64,000 nucleotides of DNA from Eledone cirrhosa (taxonomy: Eukaryota), in NCBI GenBank assembly GCA_964016885.1, contig OZ024746.1:26412001-26476000 (forward strand). Reading direction: 5' to 3'. Below the pieces are notes generated by a model. The model had not been told where the DNA came from, did not search any database, and saw only the letters and a program-made list of their open reading frames with translations. The translations under genes were made by a program, and so were the position numbers. Each line of letters starts with the position of its first letter. Positions within the stretch are counted from its first letter, which is position 1. Positions 12,831 to 26,700 of this stretch are shown here, piece after piece.

Positions 12831-14289
12831 AGAGGTAAAAGAAAGTTTTACTGTTATAAAAAAAAATCTAGTATAGTCTCTTTTACTATACAAAATGTTT
12901 GCTCTGTATGTTCTAGCCAAAGATAGATTGGTTAGATTAGTCCTTAATAACTTCACATTAGAAACTACACCATACTACTGACATCCAAATAATGCCAGCA
13001 TAAAAAAAAAAAATATGAATTTGATTCCAATTAAGAGATGTGTATTCCACATTTGGAAATAATTTCAGCAATCAAATTTTTCCTTAAAAAATCCCTATTT
13101 TAAAAATACTGGGACTACATATGTAGTTATCATTATTTTATGTCCACTTTACATACTGACATAGGTTTGACAGGTTGTCACTTCTTATTCAGAGTTACTA
13201 TCCTCCTAGGCAGGTCAGGGAACTACATCATGTTTCAATGGTTCTCATGGTTTCTACAGCCGGATGCCTTTAGCCCACCACTTAAGAGTGTAAGGGGTGT
13301 GTTCTATTGTGGTTCTAGAGAGTCTATGTCCTTGACTATTATATATAATACAGTTACAGTGGTTTGACATTGCTCAACACACCTGCGTATTTGTATTATT
13401 ACAGTTCACACACTATTTGACAGGCTCTTCAGTAGTCAACAATATAAAATATTTTTTCATTTGTCACATCTGAAAGAAAAGTCAGTACCCAATGCTTCAC
13501 AGGCCTTTCACCACCAAACATTGATAGTTTATGTTCTGCTTAAACTATTGCAATCTACTTGTTTTGGGAAGACTGGGCAAAGTGGTCAGTATAGGAGTGG
13601 ACACATCATAAGAAAAAGAAACAAGTGCCTGAGTGGAGGTGGCATAAGACTGCTGAACAAAGACCATTGTGGTAGTGGTAAAAGAAAAAGGCAGAAACTG
13701 GAATGTCCATGTGTGGCTTTTCTCTAAATGTGATTTTAGGATGTGTATATGCAGCAGCAGTACTTCATTGAGAGTCTCGCTTTAAGCTTTGTAGATGGTC
13801 ATTAATTGTTGAAAGTTAAAGTATTTTCTGGCTCTGAAGAGAAGGGCCAGTCTGAGATACAATCGTCATTAAGGATATGCATTCACATCATCAATGATTG
13901 GGCAGCTTAACATTTGGAGCAGTTGCAATAACCACAGAGAGAGAGGGGAAATGAGAAAGAGTTATAAAGGAAGAATTAACCCCAGTACTGGACTGGTACT
14001 TTATTTATCAACCTTGAAAGGCAAAGTTGACGTCAGTGAAATTTGAATTCGGAACACAGAGCCTGGATAAATAACAGAAAGCATTTTATCTGGTGTTCTA
14101 ATGACTGCCAATTTACCACTTTAATAATAAATACTTGTAAAGCTTCTGTTTGCAATTCCATTCAACAAAGAATGTAAAATATTGCATGTATTTCTGATGG
14201 TACCAGTTCTAATTGAGACATTACTGATAAAGTTTTTGTTTGTTTACTTTTTACATTGGACCCAATAAAACCTGTATATCTACAAAAAC

Positions 14290-14860
14290 TGACACGGTTA
14301 ACTCAATGCAGTAAGAAGTCCTATCAAATGCTGAGAGGGCTCCCTAGAAGTTAATAGCTTCTGTTACTTGAGTGGCAAAATTAGCAGTGGAGGTGAGTGT
14401 TCTATAAGTAGTGTAGCCAGAGTGAGAACAGGATGGATGGAAAAAGTTCAGAGAACTACTGCCACTGCTGATTGCAAAGGGTTTCTCCCTAAAAATGAAA
14501 GGCTGGTAAGCAAACAACAATGCTGAATAGAAATTAGGCTTGGATTCTGTGCAGAGGACTTATGAAAACTGGACAAAAAATGAGGCATGCATGCTCTGAT
14601 GGATGTGTAATAATAGTGTACATGACTGATGAAGCATTAATGAATTGAGAAAGAACCTGGGCATAAGAGGTATCAGATACTCTGTGCATGAGAGGAAACT
14701 ATGATGGTATGGACATATGATGCATAATGGACTTGAAGTTAATGGAAACTATGGAAGACCTAGGAAAACATGGGATGATGTGGTGAAAGTTGACTTCATT
14801 AAAGAGATGATGCAGGATAAAATTAAGTGACAACATGCAGTACTACAGAGGACCCACTTT
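14290..14860 (+). mobile_element. Degenerate RTE LINE fragment (same family as 1390-4050)
   Basis: gaaaaagttcagagaactactgccactgctg..ggcataagaggtatcaga..ggacatatgatgc aligns by eye with 1480-1660 plus 3441-3700. Confidence 0.7.
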
Positions 14861-15830
14861 TTCATGTATGGCGAGGACAGTAGTGAAGAAATGGGACAAC
14901 ACTTATGTCCCCACCTATCAGTTTATACCAATCTCCCTTGTATATTTATCTTAATACTTCCCTGTCACTATGTACCTCATCTGAGCCTTGCCCAACTCAT
15001 GTCCTCCATCCTCACTTTGCTTGTCCAACTCATTCCAGCATGGAAAGACAGCTCTCACTTTTACATCCAGCCTATGCTTCCATGGAATATTGAGCACAAT
15101 CCACCTCATAACATAATAAAATGGTTGGATAAGGAAGGGCATCTGGCCATGCCAAAAGAGAATGAACTATATGGGGTCACTTGTCCAGCCAAGTCTCAGA
15201 GTGTGACGGCCCGTTTGGCCCATGCAAACATAGAAAATATGATAATGATGATGTACACATCTACTCCCCTATCACATCCCCAGTACATTTTTCCTGTACA
15301 ACCCATGCTTGCATGGAAAACTGGACATGCTCCACAATATACTGCTAAGCACAACTCATTCTCTTCAAGGCCACCTCCATGACACATCACTTGCTCTCTC
15401 ACTATGCGATACCTCCCATCCCTCCCTTAGTAAGCAACATGTAGCCTGATGCTTGCTTGCTTATCTTACTGTCATCATTGTCTTCCCAACTGGGTCAAAG
15501 ACATGAGTACCCAAATATCTTGAGGTAGAACTGGTGATATGATAAAACACCCTATAAAGTCATAATGCTGGTGCCATGACAAAAAGCACCCTGTCCACCT
15601 TGTCAGGTGGTACTGCTTATGCCATGATAAAATGCACCTGGTGCATGCTATGATCTGGTTGGCATTGGGAAAGGCACCCAGCTGTAGAAACCATGCCAGA
15701 AAATTAACATGGACAAAACTCATCAGAATGTGACAACCCATCTAACCAATGCAAGCATGAAAAATAGTCATACGATCATGATGATAAATAATTGTTAATT
15801 CAAAGTTCCGGAAAGAAGATAAGGACTCAC

Positions 15831-18808
15831 ATAGATGGATTGATGTCCATGTTTCAGATGGTTGCAAAATTTGAAATGTTGTGCCCGAGGGAATAAAGTT
15901 AAAGTATTCTTCATCATCAACTTCAGTACCATCTTCATTCAGAACTAATTTTATGTCTGTAGAGTCAAATCCATATTCAGCTTGCACTGAAATTTAAAAG
16001 AGAAAAAGAAAATGTCACAATAAAATGTACCCAGTACACTCTGTAAAATAGTAGTGCTGATGCTATGATAAAATGTACCCAGTACACTCTGTAATATGGT
16101 AGTGCTGGTGCTATAATAAAATGCACCCAGAACAATCTGTAATGTGGTAGTGCTGGTCTTATGATAAATTGTATCCAGTACACTGTAAAATAGTAGTTCT
16201 GGTTTTACAATAAAATGTAATCAGCACACTTTGTAAAGTAATTGACATTAGAAAGGGCATACAGTCATAGAAACCATGCCAAAGATGAAATGTATGAACT
16301 AGAATTGGTCCCCCAACTCTGACCCATTAAATCTCAGACCATATCAACCCTGGAAAATGGATATAAAATGATGGTGATTAATGGTAGTCTCTTGTAGTCC
16401 AAGTAAAACAGTGGGTTGTTGGCATCAGTAGACATGCAGAGTCCTCAAACACTCCTTACAGCCGGTACTGCCAGAAGCAACTGTCACCAACTGATCCAGC
16501 TGGATCCTCAAGCATGACCAGCCAAATTCATGGATGTTATCCAACCATCTTGCTCTGGGTCTCCTACCAGTTGGTTTGGCCCATAACATGTATCCAGCGA
16601 TTCTTTCCTGAGACATTCTAACCACACACCCATAGTATTAGAGCTGTGATCTCTCAATTTGGAGAAATAGCAGCTCTAGCTTGAGTGACTCTGATCTCTA
16701 AGCTATGCACTTTATGGAGTAACGTTACTCCAAAGACACTTCGGAGGAATCCCATTTTGGCTGCTTGTATTCATGATTGTATTCTTTCGGTCATTACCTA
16801 GAATTCATGACCATAGGTAAGGGTTGCATGGAAACCAAATTGAAGACAACGAGTTTGGCTTTTATGCTTACCTCCCTTCTTCTGATTACACTCTGTAAAG
16901 TTAAATGATGGTGAATATTTCAATAATAGGTAGTGAATAATCAGCAACAATGGACTCCATTTGGAGATATGTAGCAGAATGACAAATCTATTTTTATGTT
17001 AATCTTTTGAGCACTTAACATTTTTCCCAATTTAATTGCTCCTATCATTCATTTTTGCAGGGTGCAGACGTTCACAATACATTTTAGAAATTGCTATAAA
17101 AATGCATTAATGAAAAATAGGTAATTGTCAGTAGCACATGGAGGAATCAACTATTTACTTAGAAGAATGAGTTTAAAAATACATTATTAAAATTCCATTA
17201 ATTACTAATTAGTGGAGAAGTAAGGTGCTTTATATTTCACAAGGTTAAATATAGACAGACATCATAGACTGTTGTCAACACGTCTAGCAGAGTAGTAATT
17301 CCAAATAAATACTTGTATAAAATAGACATGAACTTTGTAAGCTGCAATGAAGGCTACCCCTCTAGGTGAGCAGTAACTCCAAATATATACTTGCATGAAA
17401 GAGGCATGGTCTTTGTAAGCTCTAGTGAAAGCAACCCATCTTGCTGGGAGATGTGGTCTCTAAGCTGTAGTGAAGGCAACTTGTCTAGGAGATAGTAACT
17501 CTGAATAAAAACTGATACAGTATATAGGTGTCAATTAATTCCTGACAGACAACTTCTCTAGTACTGGTGACATAAAATGCACCTAGTCCATGCTGTTAGT
17601 TGGTTGGTGATAGGAAGGGCAACCAGCCAGAAAAAAACATGCCAAAATTATGAAAATAAAATTATTCTAAATTCATAAAAAATAGGGGGTCCGAAAAGAA
17701 TTATTTGGATGGAAGATTACAATTCTAAGAGCACATTATAACCAAAGCAGGGGTTAGCCTTACAGGCCCATATCGAAGCAATGTTTTAAACACACATGGA
17801 TTATGGTGGACCTATTCTAAACTGGATACATACAGGTAACATTAAGCAAATCAAAGAGCAATAGAGTATGTATGAATCCTTTAAAAAAGACATTGAAATT
17901 TATCTTGCCAGGGTTGAACTTCTTGATTTAAGAATGGAAAAGAACAGGAAGCATTGGATTGGGGTAACAGTATTTATTGGTTTTCTAATCTTTTTTGAAA
18001 TTTGAAATGTAGTCATAGAGATTTGTAAACATCTGGTTTGAATTAAAAGAAATTGGGATATTTGATATTTGTAATGTCTAAATAAAAGTGTTTTGACACG
18101 AGAGGTTCATCAGGTCAGTACTTATCCTGGTTTCCGTGGCATTAAGTGACAGAGTACAAGACTTCCCTCTGGACAGGATGTCAGTCCATTATAGAGTTAA
18201 ACCCCCAGCTATTGCTAGTACACATTTTCAGCTGTGAATACCGTAGCAACATGAAATGAAATGCTATGCTCAAGAAGACAACACACAACCCAGTCCAGGA
18301 ATCAAACCCACAAACATTATGATTGTAAGTCCAACACTCTTACCACTAGGCCACGTGCCTCCACTATTTGTAATGTAGTCATCCTATAATGATTTTTAGT
18401 TTAGGTACAAGGCCAGCAATTTGGGGGGAATGGGAAAGCTGATTAAATTGACCTCAGTACTTGACCGGTACTTCATGTTATCAACCCTGGAAGGTTGAAA
18501 GGCAAAGATCACCTTTCATCCTTCTGGTCTCAGGGCATAAACACAGGCATACATATATCTGATTCCAATCACTGTCTGAGGCTATAATAAAAGACACCTG
18601 CCCAAGGTGTTATGCAGCAGACTAAACCCAGAACCGCATGGTTGTAAAGCAAACTCCTTAACCACAGTCATACCTGCGCCTATGCTCTTTTCACAAAAAA
18701 TGATATTTATTTACCTTTGCTGAGCAAATCTTGCAGACTTTTTGCAAGCATCTCCTTTTCAACCTTATGTTCGGTGTTCCAAACTGTGTAATTTTTAAGA
18801 TACGACAT
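15831..18808 (-). CDS. CIDE-N domain protein (DFFA/CIDE/DREP paralog); exons 18808-18715 and 15986-15831, downstream exon uncertain
   Basis: Spliced (phase 1, GT-AG): MSYLKNYTVWNTEHKVEKEMLAKSLQDLLSKVQAEYGFDSTDIKLVLNEDGTEVDDEEYFNFIPSGTTFQILQPSETWTSIHL, with the EDGTEVDDEEYF signature. Donor gtgagt at 15830; a candidate short terminal exon lies at ~13851-13802. Confidence 0.85.
16015..16260 (+). repeat. Degenerate ~30-bp tandem units related to the retroposon motif aaaa(a/t)gcacccagt.cac
   Basis: About five units of ataaaatgtacccagtacactctgtaa..gtagtgctg. Confidence 0.6.
16430..16900 (-). mobile_element. Degenerate RTE-type LINE 3' fragment
   Basis: TLTYGHEF, RIQAAKMGFLRSVFGVT and KPTGRRPRARWLD on the minus strand. 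Confidence 0.65.
18100..18366 (-). mobile_element. tRNA-derived CORE-type SINE (related copies 29281-29600 +, 57844-57960 +, 18560-18680 -)
   Basis: Head ggcacgtggcctagtggtaagag..gggtttgattcc, followed by CORE-like tgtgttgtc.tcttgagca. Confidence 0.6.
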
Positions 18809-21008
18809 CTTGTTCTTTCTTCAGTAGAGAGATCTAAAGTAGAAATAATTCACAATAGTAAATAGACAAACATCTGTCAACCCTGCACCCCTGTTGCTGC
18901 TGCTGCTCTTTACACGGTTGTTGTTAGGGTTAGTTCTTCGTAGTAAATAAACATCTGCTGGTGAGAAATTTAAAAAATCCTGAAATACATGTATCCAGCA
19001 TTCTTACACAGGTGCTGAGGTAGCTGTGATATGATCACGGCATGACTATATGTGTTTATTATTCATAAACGCATTAAATATGTGTTTATGTATAATATAC
19101 ATAGTGGCAACCAATGCTAACGAGCGCTGTCTATCGGCATTGGATGGCCGTTGGCCTTTAATGGGTTTTGTTTATCCACTCGCGGATTGTACAAAATCGC
19201 CCTCCTCACCAAGCAAGCTTGATGGGGTTGCCGGTTTAGTCGCCAATGACCCGGCCATGTGACAGATATGGACGGAGACGTAAATATAGTAGGATATAAT
19301 AGAGGATTGTGTAAATATATCAAGAGATGTAGACGATGTAATATAGCAGGAAGTAGCAACAAATATTTGTATCTCAACTGGGAACTGATGAAACAAACCA
19401 CTTATATATACACGGAGGATCTTGCAGTCACTTGATCTGTTAGAAATGACAGCTAGATTTCCCTACTAAATAACGCCCTTACCGAATGTCTTTTTTAAAA
19501 AAGGGGATACATTGGATAAGGTAGTCCGTAGTACACAATTACAGAATTATAAAGACGGGATTACTGGAATGCTTTTGTTTGTCTTGAAGGTAAACAACAA
19601 TAAATATACATCTAGATAATTCTACTATTGTTGACTTTTTAAAATAAATTAATTAATTAAAGAAATAGTGAGTAGATACCTAGTTTCTCATACAGAATAT
19701 TTTGTTCGGCAATCTTTGACAAAATCCCACCAATTGTAACAACAAATAAACCAAGAACGATAACTCTTCTATGTATGAAGAGTTTTTGTTTATATGGAAA
19801 GAAGACGGATTCAAGACATATCTCCTATTGTTATTGCATTGAGTTTTGCTCATGATTGACACGCAGACTATTTTAGGATACGGTCTTTCCATCTATCGCC
19901 GGGGTGTCTCCCGGTAGGCAATATCGGAGCGTTGGACACCATGCTTTGCTGCATAGAGTTATGACCCTTTACCTTCTGAGTTCAAATCCCGCCAAGGTTA
20001 GCTTTGCCTTTCATCCTTGCGGGGTCAATAAAATAAAGCACCAGTAAGTACTGGGGTCGATTTAATCGACTTTCCCCTCCCCTTCAAATTGTTGGTCTTG
20101 TGCCTAAAATAAAAACGGCAGTATCGATAGAGGGTCGGGCGCCATGCTTTGCAGCACAGTTACGTCCCTTTATGGACTGAGTTCAAATCCCGCCGAGGTT
20201 AACTTTGCCTTTCATCCTTACGGGGTCGATAAAATAAAGTACCAGTAATACACTGGGATAATTGCTGGCCTTGTGCCAAAAGTAGAAACAATTATTATTG
20301 GAAGACACCCCTACCAATTTCCGTGGAAAATCTTTTTGTTCCTTTTTTTTCAGTGTGCTATCAATTAAACTTACTTCTTAATATGATGCTAAGGACTTTA
20401 TTACTCGGGAAAGAGTGGAGGGAGTTTTTAATCCCCCCCCCCCCTTACTCGAGTTTTCTTTGCCACTTATTTTACGTTCTTTTTTTTACGTGTGCTATCA
20501 ACTAATCTTACCTCCTACCATCCTATAAAGAACTTTTCACCCGGAAATCGGAGTGAGGATCTTCAGAATGTTCACCTCATACCTCAGAAAGGCAAGTCAC
20601 CAATATTGTTTCTACTTTAGCACAAGGCCAGCAATTACCCAGTACATTACTGGTACTTTATTTTATTGACTCCGTAAGGATGAAAGGCAAAGTTAACCTC
20701 GGCGGGATTTGAACTCAGAATGGCAAGGGCCGTAACTCTATGCTACAAAGCATGGTGTCCGACCCTCTACCGATACTGCCAACCCACCACCCTCCAATAA
20801 TGACAAGTATTTCATTGTCAGCAACCCGGCTACCCCAAACATCGCAAATACCACAGACTGATAAACAAAAGTTTTCCGATAATTCCTGGTATTTTAGAAT
20901 TTTATTGTTTGTCTACGGATGCAGTGACCCTCACTTTCACTGCAGCATACAGGATATGGGAAGGAGCAAAAGAATAAAACCATCAGGTCTCTTCCCATCA
21001 ACCCTGGA

Positions 21009-21800
21009 CTATCTAACTGGCTCCAGGATTAAGTGGATATTGACTTGATCTAGATAATTAGGTCCAGCTCCATATGGTGAGCAAAACGACTTGCATTCAG
21101 GCAGCAAGATCAACCCATGAAGATCTGTGGAGTCAAGGGAGCTGCCACAATGACATTTCAATTCTATACAGATACCGGCTCCAGCTCTGAGTACAATGGA
21201 GATGCAGAGCTCATCCAGACTGAGTAAGCCACCAATGTTAGCCATATGCAAAGTATCAGTCCAGTCATCCAAGAATTCTGCACTCACAGAAAGTTAGCGG
21301 CACCTTGAGAATTGATCAGATTGATCAAAAAGAGAGAGACGAAAGTGTCTTTCAAATGTAAGTTGTCCCAGACATTCCGATTTAGTCTCTCCTCCTCTGT
21401 ATCAGGAACCAACAAAACCAGTTCCTCCCACTGTAGGTCTTCATCTATCTCCCTGTAGGAGCTAATCCATGTAGGGAAGGAGAGGATGTTACTCACTGGG
21501 GGTGGGGGAGCAAGCATGCATGGAGGAAAGAAAGCAAAGAAGAGATAGAGATAAGCAGACACATATTGGGCTTTTGAGTAATGCAGCCTAGTCACAGGAC
21601 TCTGAAGAGAGTTTGACATTGACCAAGCATTCAAGTTTGCCAAATGTTTACCATTGCAGAGTCGACAAGAATCTATACAAGGGACTGATTCTAGGTATAT
21701 ACAGTAACTTAGGAATTGATAGGCAATTCTTAAGTATAAAAAAACCTTGGTGGGGTTCAATTACATCAATGTATTTGAGTAATTGCCTAAGAATTGATAA
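21009..21800 (-). pseudogene. Degenerate CRE-like non-LTR retrotransposon fragment
   Basis: LSLDELCISIVLRAGAGICIELKCHCGSSLDSTDLHGL resembles the LRLG..C.CG..D..G.H motif of CRE-clade elements; frameshifted. Confidence 0.55.
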
Positions 21801-22800
21801 ACGTTGGAAAATAATAACCCAGCACTATAAGGAGTTTGAAAGAAAAAAAAATCTTTCTTAAATTTAATCTCAAACTATTTCCATCCTTATGGCACCTCTG
21901 CATGTGCATAGAAGGCAATATTAGTGGAGATAGTGGTTGACGGCAATAGCAGATGGCCGCAACCCCCTCTACTCATTGTAGTTATCTTGCTGGGTAAATA
22001 TGAACACTAGCCTGCTCTAAAAGTGATTACTCTTAGGGCCAGATTTAAAAAGGGCAAAAGGAGGCATTGCCCTGGACAAAAATGATAGACCCCTCACAAG
22101 TCAAGGTGCCCTAGGTTCCATTTGGGGTTTCCCCTGCTGCCAATAGGTTGCTTTCAGTCGAAAGAGATGGATCTTTATTGATAATTTGATTTTTTTTCTT
22201 TTAGATATACCAGGACTATTTCTAAAATTGTATATGATGTCAGGTTTTGTCATCAAAATTTCCCCCAGATCATTGTTGTGGAAAGTTGGGAGGGCACACA
22301 TCTAATTTTAAGCAAGTATGTATGTGTGTATGATGTTTTTAACATTGTATATATATATAAGCCTTTATATATGTGTGCGTATGCATATATAGATTCTTAG
22401 CTGACAATGAAATCAGCAGGCATCTTATCTTTGTGATTCTGAGTTACAGCTATGAGCTTGCAGATAAAATAAATGGAATGCATATCATGCCATTTCGTGT
22501 GGTGGAGAGATTGAGGGCATACAAAGTAAAAAGCTTATTAAAAAAGCCAAATACTTGAATAAATATTAATTTCTACCATGTATAAAAAAAATGATGTTAA
22601 TCAAGATAAGTAAATTTGATACTAAAATACTAATGACGTATACACAAACACGCAGCAAAACAAAAATGAAGAAAAGACAAGAAAACATGTGAAACTAGAA
22701 AATTTGTTTTTGCATTTATTGTTCAAAATAAATGTAAGACAATGAAAATAATTTGAGATGCATATGAAAAATATCTGTGGAATTCATAAAAAAATGTCAG

Positions 22801-23188
22801 TTAAGTATCTTCAGATTCTTCACAATTATATGGACTTATTTTGTGAGCAACATTTAGTGTCCTCAAGTGAAGTAAAACTTCTTGCTGTTTTTTACGTTTG
22901 TTTAGTGTCTGCTTGCAACATTCTTTGAATTCTTTAGCAAATTGTTTGTTATCTTTCATGTGCTCTGCCAATGTATTGATATCAAGACGAACAACTGCCT
23001 AAGAATAAAATAAAAATTGAATAATATTGATATTATTATTATTATACAGGGTGATTGCCTGATGAGGAAAAAATGCTGGAAAACAGAAATTGACCCCTTA
23101 AAGGCATCCCTATGTAAACTGTGGTGCTGTCTCATTCCACATATATTGATGTTACTACACATATATGTCTCTGGGTGTGTGTGTGTGC

Positions 23189-23274
<86 letters not shown>

Positions 23275-24817
23275 TCATCATCATTTTATGTCCACTTTTC
23301 CTTGATTGCATGGGTGGGATGGGTTCTTTTCAGCACAGCATCTCTCCATTCATCACGGTCCTTCATCATCTCCTCTGTAAGCTTCAGCGATCTGAGGTCA
23401 ACTCTCACCACCTCCGCCCATGTTTTTGTGGTCTTCCTCTACTACGTCTTCCTTCCCCCGGGATTTCTTGGCACTTCTTCACCCAGCGGTCATCTTCCAT
23501 GCAAAAAGTTCTGTCAAGTCCATTTCAGCATGAAAAAAGAACATGTTAAAACAGAGGGGGAGCAAGGTAGCAACAACAAATAACAATCTGGTAACTTACC
23601 TCTAGTTGATTACTTGAAAATTCCATGCATTTAATAAGGTCAGAATGAATTCCATCCAACAACATAGCTATCTCATTTGAGACACTGGTGTCAGAAGGTC
23701 CATCACAGACATCATCGGAATAATGGGGCATAGATGAAGATGTAACTGAAAATATAGCAAAGAACATGTAAAAACATATGAGCTGTGGAAGACGAGCATC
23801 ATGCTCTTGCCATGAGGGAATTGTCTTGCACTTGGGAGCCTGTGATGGCTCTGCATTTTAAAGGGTTCCTATTTAACAATTTTGATTCCAACCCAATCCC
23901 AAACTACTCATTTTAAAGGATTCCTATTTAACCCTTAGATATGAACCCAGACAAAACCTCGTTCTAGATCTATGAAACAAAACCACCCATTTTAAAGGGT
24001 TCCTATTTAATCCTTTTGATACCAACCTGCCCTAAATTACGCCTGGTTCTATGAAACAAACCCACTAATTTTAAAGGTTTCTTATTTAACACTTAGATAC
24101 GGACCCAGACAAAACCTAGTTCTGGTTCTGTGAAACAAAACCCCTATTTTCAAGAATTATTTTTTAAATTAAAACCTTCCAAATGAATTTTATATATTAA
24201 GTTAATATCTTAGCAATGAAATAATTAAGAATTTTAGTAAATCTCTCAAAATTCTTTAATTAATTGAAATAGAGTTTATTTCATTCGGAATAGGATCACA
24301 AAAGGATTAAAAGACGGGAGGAATGGACGCATAAGGTTGTCATTCTTGCTAGTGAGTCAATAGCCGTCAGAAATATATACACACATATATATAGTTAATT
24401 TTCCATAATCCATATTTTATTTAATATTGAATAAAATATAAAATATGAAAAATTAACATCCTCTTTTCATAACTCTTCTTATATCAATACTTACTGTTTC
24501 ATGTTCCAGCCTATAAGAACCCATATCATCTATAGAATAGGGCAGTTAACAGGGAGTGCTTAAATGCTTAATTTCGCTTATACTTTATTATAGTGGTGCA
24601 AGCCCCACACTCCAAATTAATTGATCCTTTAAATGAAGAGAGTGTATATATATATACACATATATATAAATGTAGTTGGCGTTAGGAAGGGCATCCAGTC
24701 ATAGAAACCAAGCCAGAAACAGTTGTGTGAGCAAGACTTGGTCGTCTGATCTGATTTGTCCCACTAAGGGACAACTCGGCTAACCCATGTTAGCATGGGA
24801 AAATGGACATTAAACAG

Positions 24818-24878
<61 letters not shown>

Positions 24879-26700
24879 CTGGGGAGGAATTAGTTGGGGT
24901 GGGAAAATATATTTTAACAAACATTTTGTCATTCAATTATTTTATGGAATTACCAAAAGAGACTAACTTGGATAAGGCGGTGTCCAATTTTCTGTAGGAA
25001 GAATTATCTGAAAGACAGTATTTGCAGGAAGGTGGTCAAAGTACTGCTCATCATCTACTTGAGTACCATCACATTCAAGGCAGATTCTTACATTTTGAGA
25101 CGGAGGAACATTTAACTTCTTCCGAGCTGGAATATAAAATATCATCATCATCAACAAACAAAAAAAAATCAATCAATGATATTGAATCCTTATAGTAACT
25201 ATAGCAACATATGGAAACAAGTATGAAAATAATTATGATGGTGATGATAATTAAAAATTAAAAGTATGGCGATGAGTTAGCAGATTGGTTAGAGACGTAT
25301 ATTAGCAGAGTCATTAGAGTGGCTGATTAGATGCTCAGTATTTGTTTCAATTCTCTGCGCTCTGAGTTTAAATCCCATTATGGTCAAGTTTTGCTTTTCA
25401 TCCTATCAGGACTGATAAATACCAGTCTAGAGTTAATGGATTGGCAGAATTGTTAAAGAGTTGGATGGGATGCCTTGTGATGTCTGATCTGGATCTGTGC
25501 ATACTGAATTTAAATCTCATTACATTCTACCAGGATTACAACTGATAGATACTATCAGCAATAGGAAGACCAATGTAGATATAGCTTCCTTTGTCTGACA
25601 ATTGGTTCCTTTCTTTTTTACCTTTAGAATACAGCAGATGAAATACAATTACAGAACACCTGCTTATGATGAAGTGGCCTCAGGGCCAGCGCTACCATTA
25701 AGGACTATAATTTACAGTCCAGTTCACCTAGCTGGTAAGTAGTTACTATGGATGCTGCATGGCCAAATGGTTAAGAGGTTGCTTTGCAATCATTAGTTTC
25801 AGCAATCATATACGAGGATCGGTTTGTTGTGGTACCAGCACTATTACTGGACTGGATGATTTTTGTCATGGCACCTGTATGGGGTGAACTGGGTGCATTT
25901 TGTCTTGGCACGAGTACAACCACCTTACAAGCTTGATTAGATTCAGGAGTATATTTATTTTTCATCCACTTAACACTAGGGTGACTGGAGATAAATATGA
26001 GAACATGTCTGTTTCATATCTGAGAAATCCAGCAACTTATGTTCACATATACAAAGTTCAGACACTGAAACCTTTCTTATGTTCACTGTGTCTTCCTCTA
26101 CCTAAATCACTGCCACATACCAAAGAGGTTTACTGCTTCTTTCATTGATGACATTCAGGCAAGCACCTGGGTATTTAGCACCCTTGGCTAGCCCTACAGT
26201 GCATGCCTCATATTTCCAGATAAATTAATTTAAACTTACAGTTTGGCAAGTTTACGGACCTAATTTTCACACTTCTTGCTCTGACCACATTAAGAAAATT
26301 ACTAAGCCTGCACTTTCCACTTTTAGTGGAAAGGGGTTGCATCATTATTTTGGTAACAGGTGGGTTTTGAATTCAGAACCCCCAGAGCAAGAACATCTTA
26401 TTTGACTCCTTTAACAAATCTGCTAATCTACCATTGGTATGTCATTTAGTGATCCCAAAAGGACGAAAGGCAAAGTTAACTTCAGTGAGTTTTGAACACC
26501 GAGCACAGAGGGCTGGAAAAAATACTGAATCATTTAATCTGACACTCTAATGACTGCCAATTTGTTGCTATAAAACTTACAACAATTTAAAGAGAGACTA
26601 AATAAAACCAACCTTTTTCAATGAAATCAGAAAAGTCATAGGCAACCAAACTTTTCCGAACTCCCCGTTGAGCGTCCCACACTTTGTATGGTTTAGACAT
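22801..26700 (-). CDS. DFFA: DNA fragmentation factor alpha (ICAD/DFF45)-like protein, 196 aa; coding exons 26700-26613, 25126-24968, 23745-23600, 22998-22801
   Basis: All introns GT-AG, phases 1,1,0. CIDE-N (MSKPYKVWDAQRGVRKSLVA..CLECDGTQVDDEQYF..ENW), then DVCD|G, then LLDGIHSDLIKCMEFSSNQLEAVVRLDINTLAEHMK..ECCKQTLNKR, resembling the DFFA helical region after its first caspase site. AATAAA at 22720-22715. Confidence 0.85.
23275..23500 (-). mobile_element. RTE LINE 3' end fragment
   Basis: GGRRRSRGRPQKTWAEVVRVDL on the minus strand, then the (GAT)n tail abutting a (TA)n tract. Confidence 0.65.
23856..24310. repeat. Short dispersed repeats, possibly a TTAA-flanked MITE with internally reiterated ends
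   Basis: ttttaaagg.ttcctatttaa occurs four times (23856-24090) and cccagacaaaacct.gttct twice; ends ttaaccctt...aaggattaa. Confidence 0.4.
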
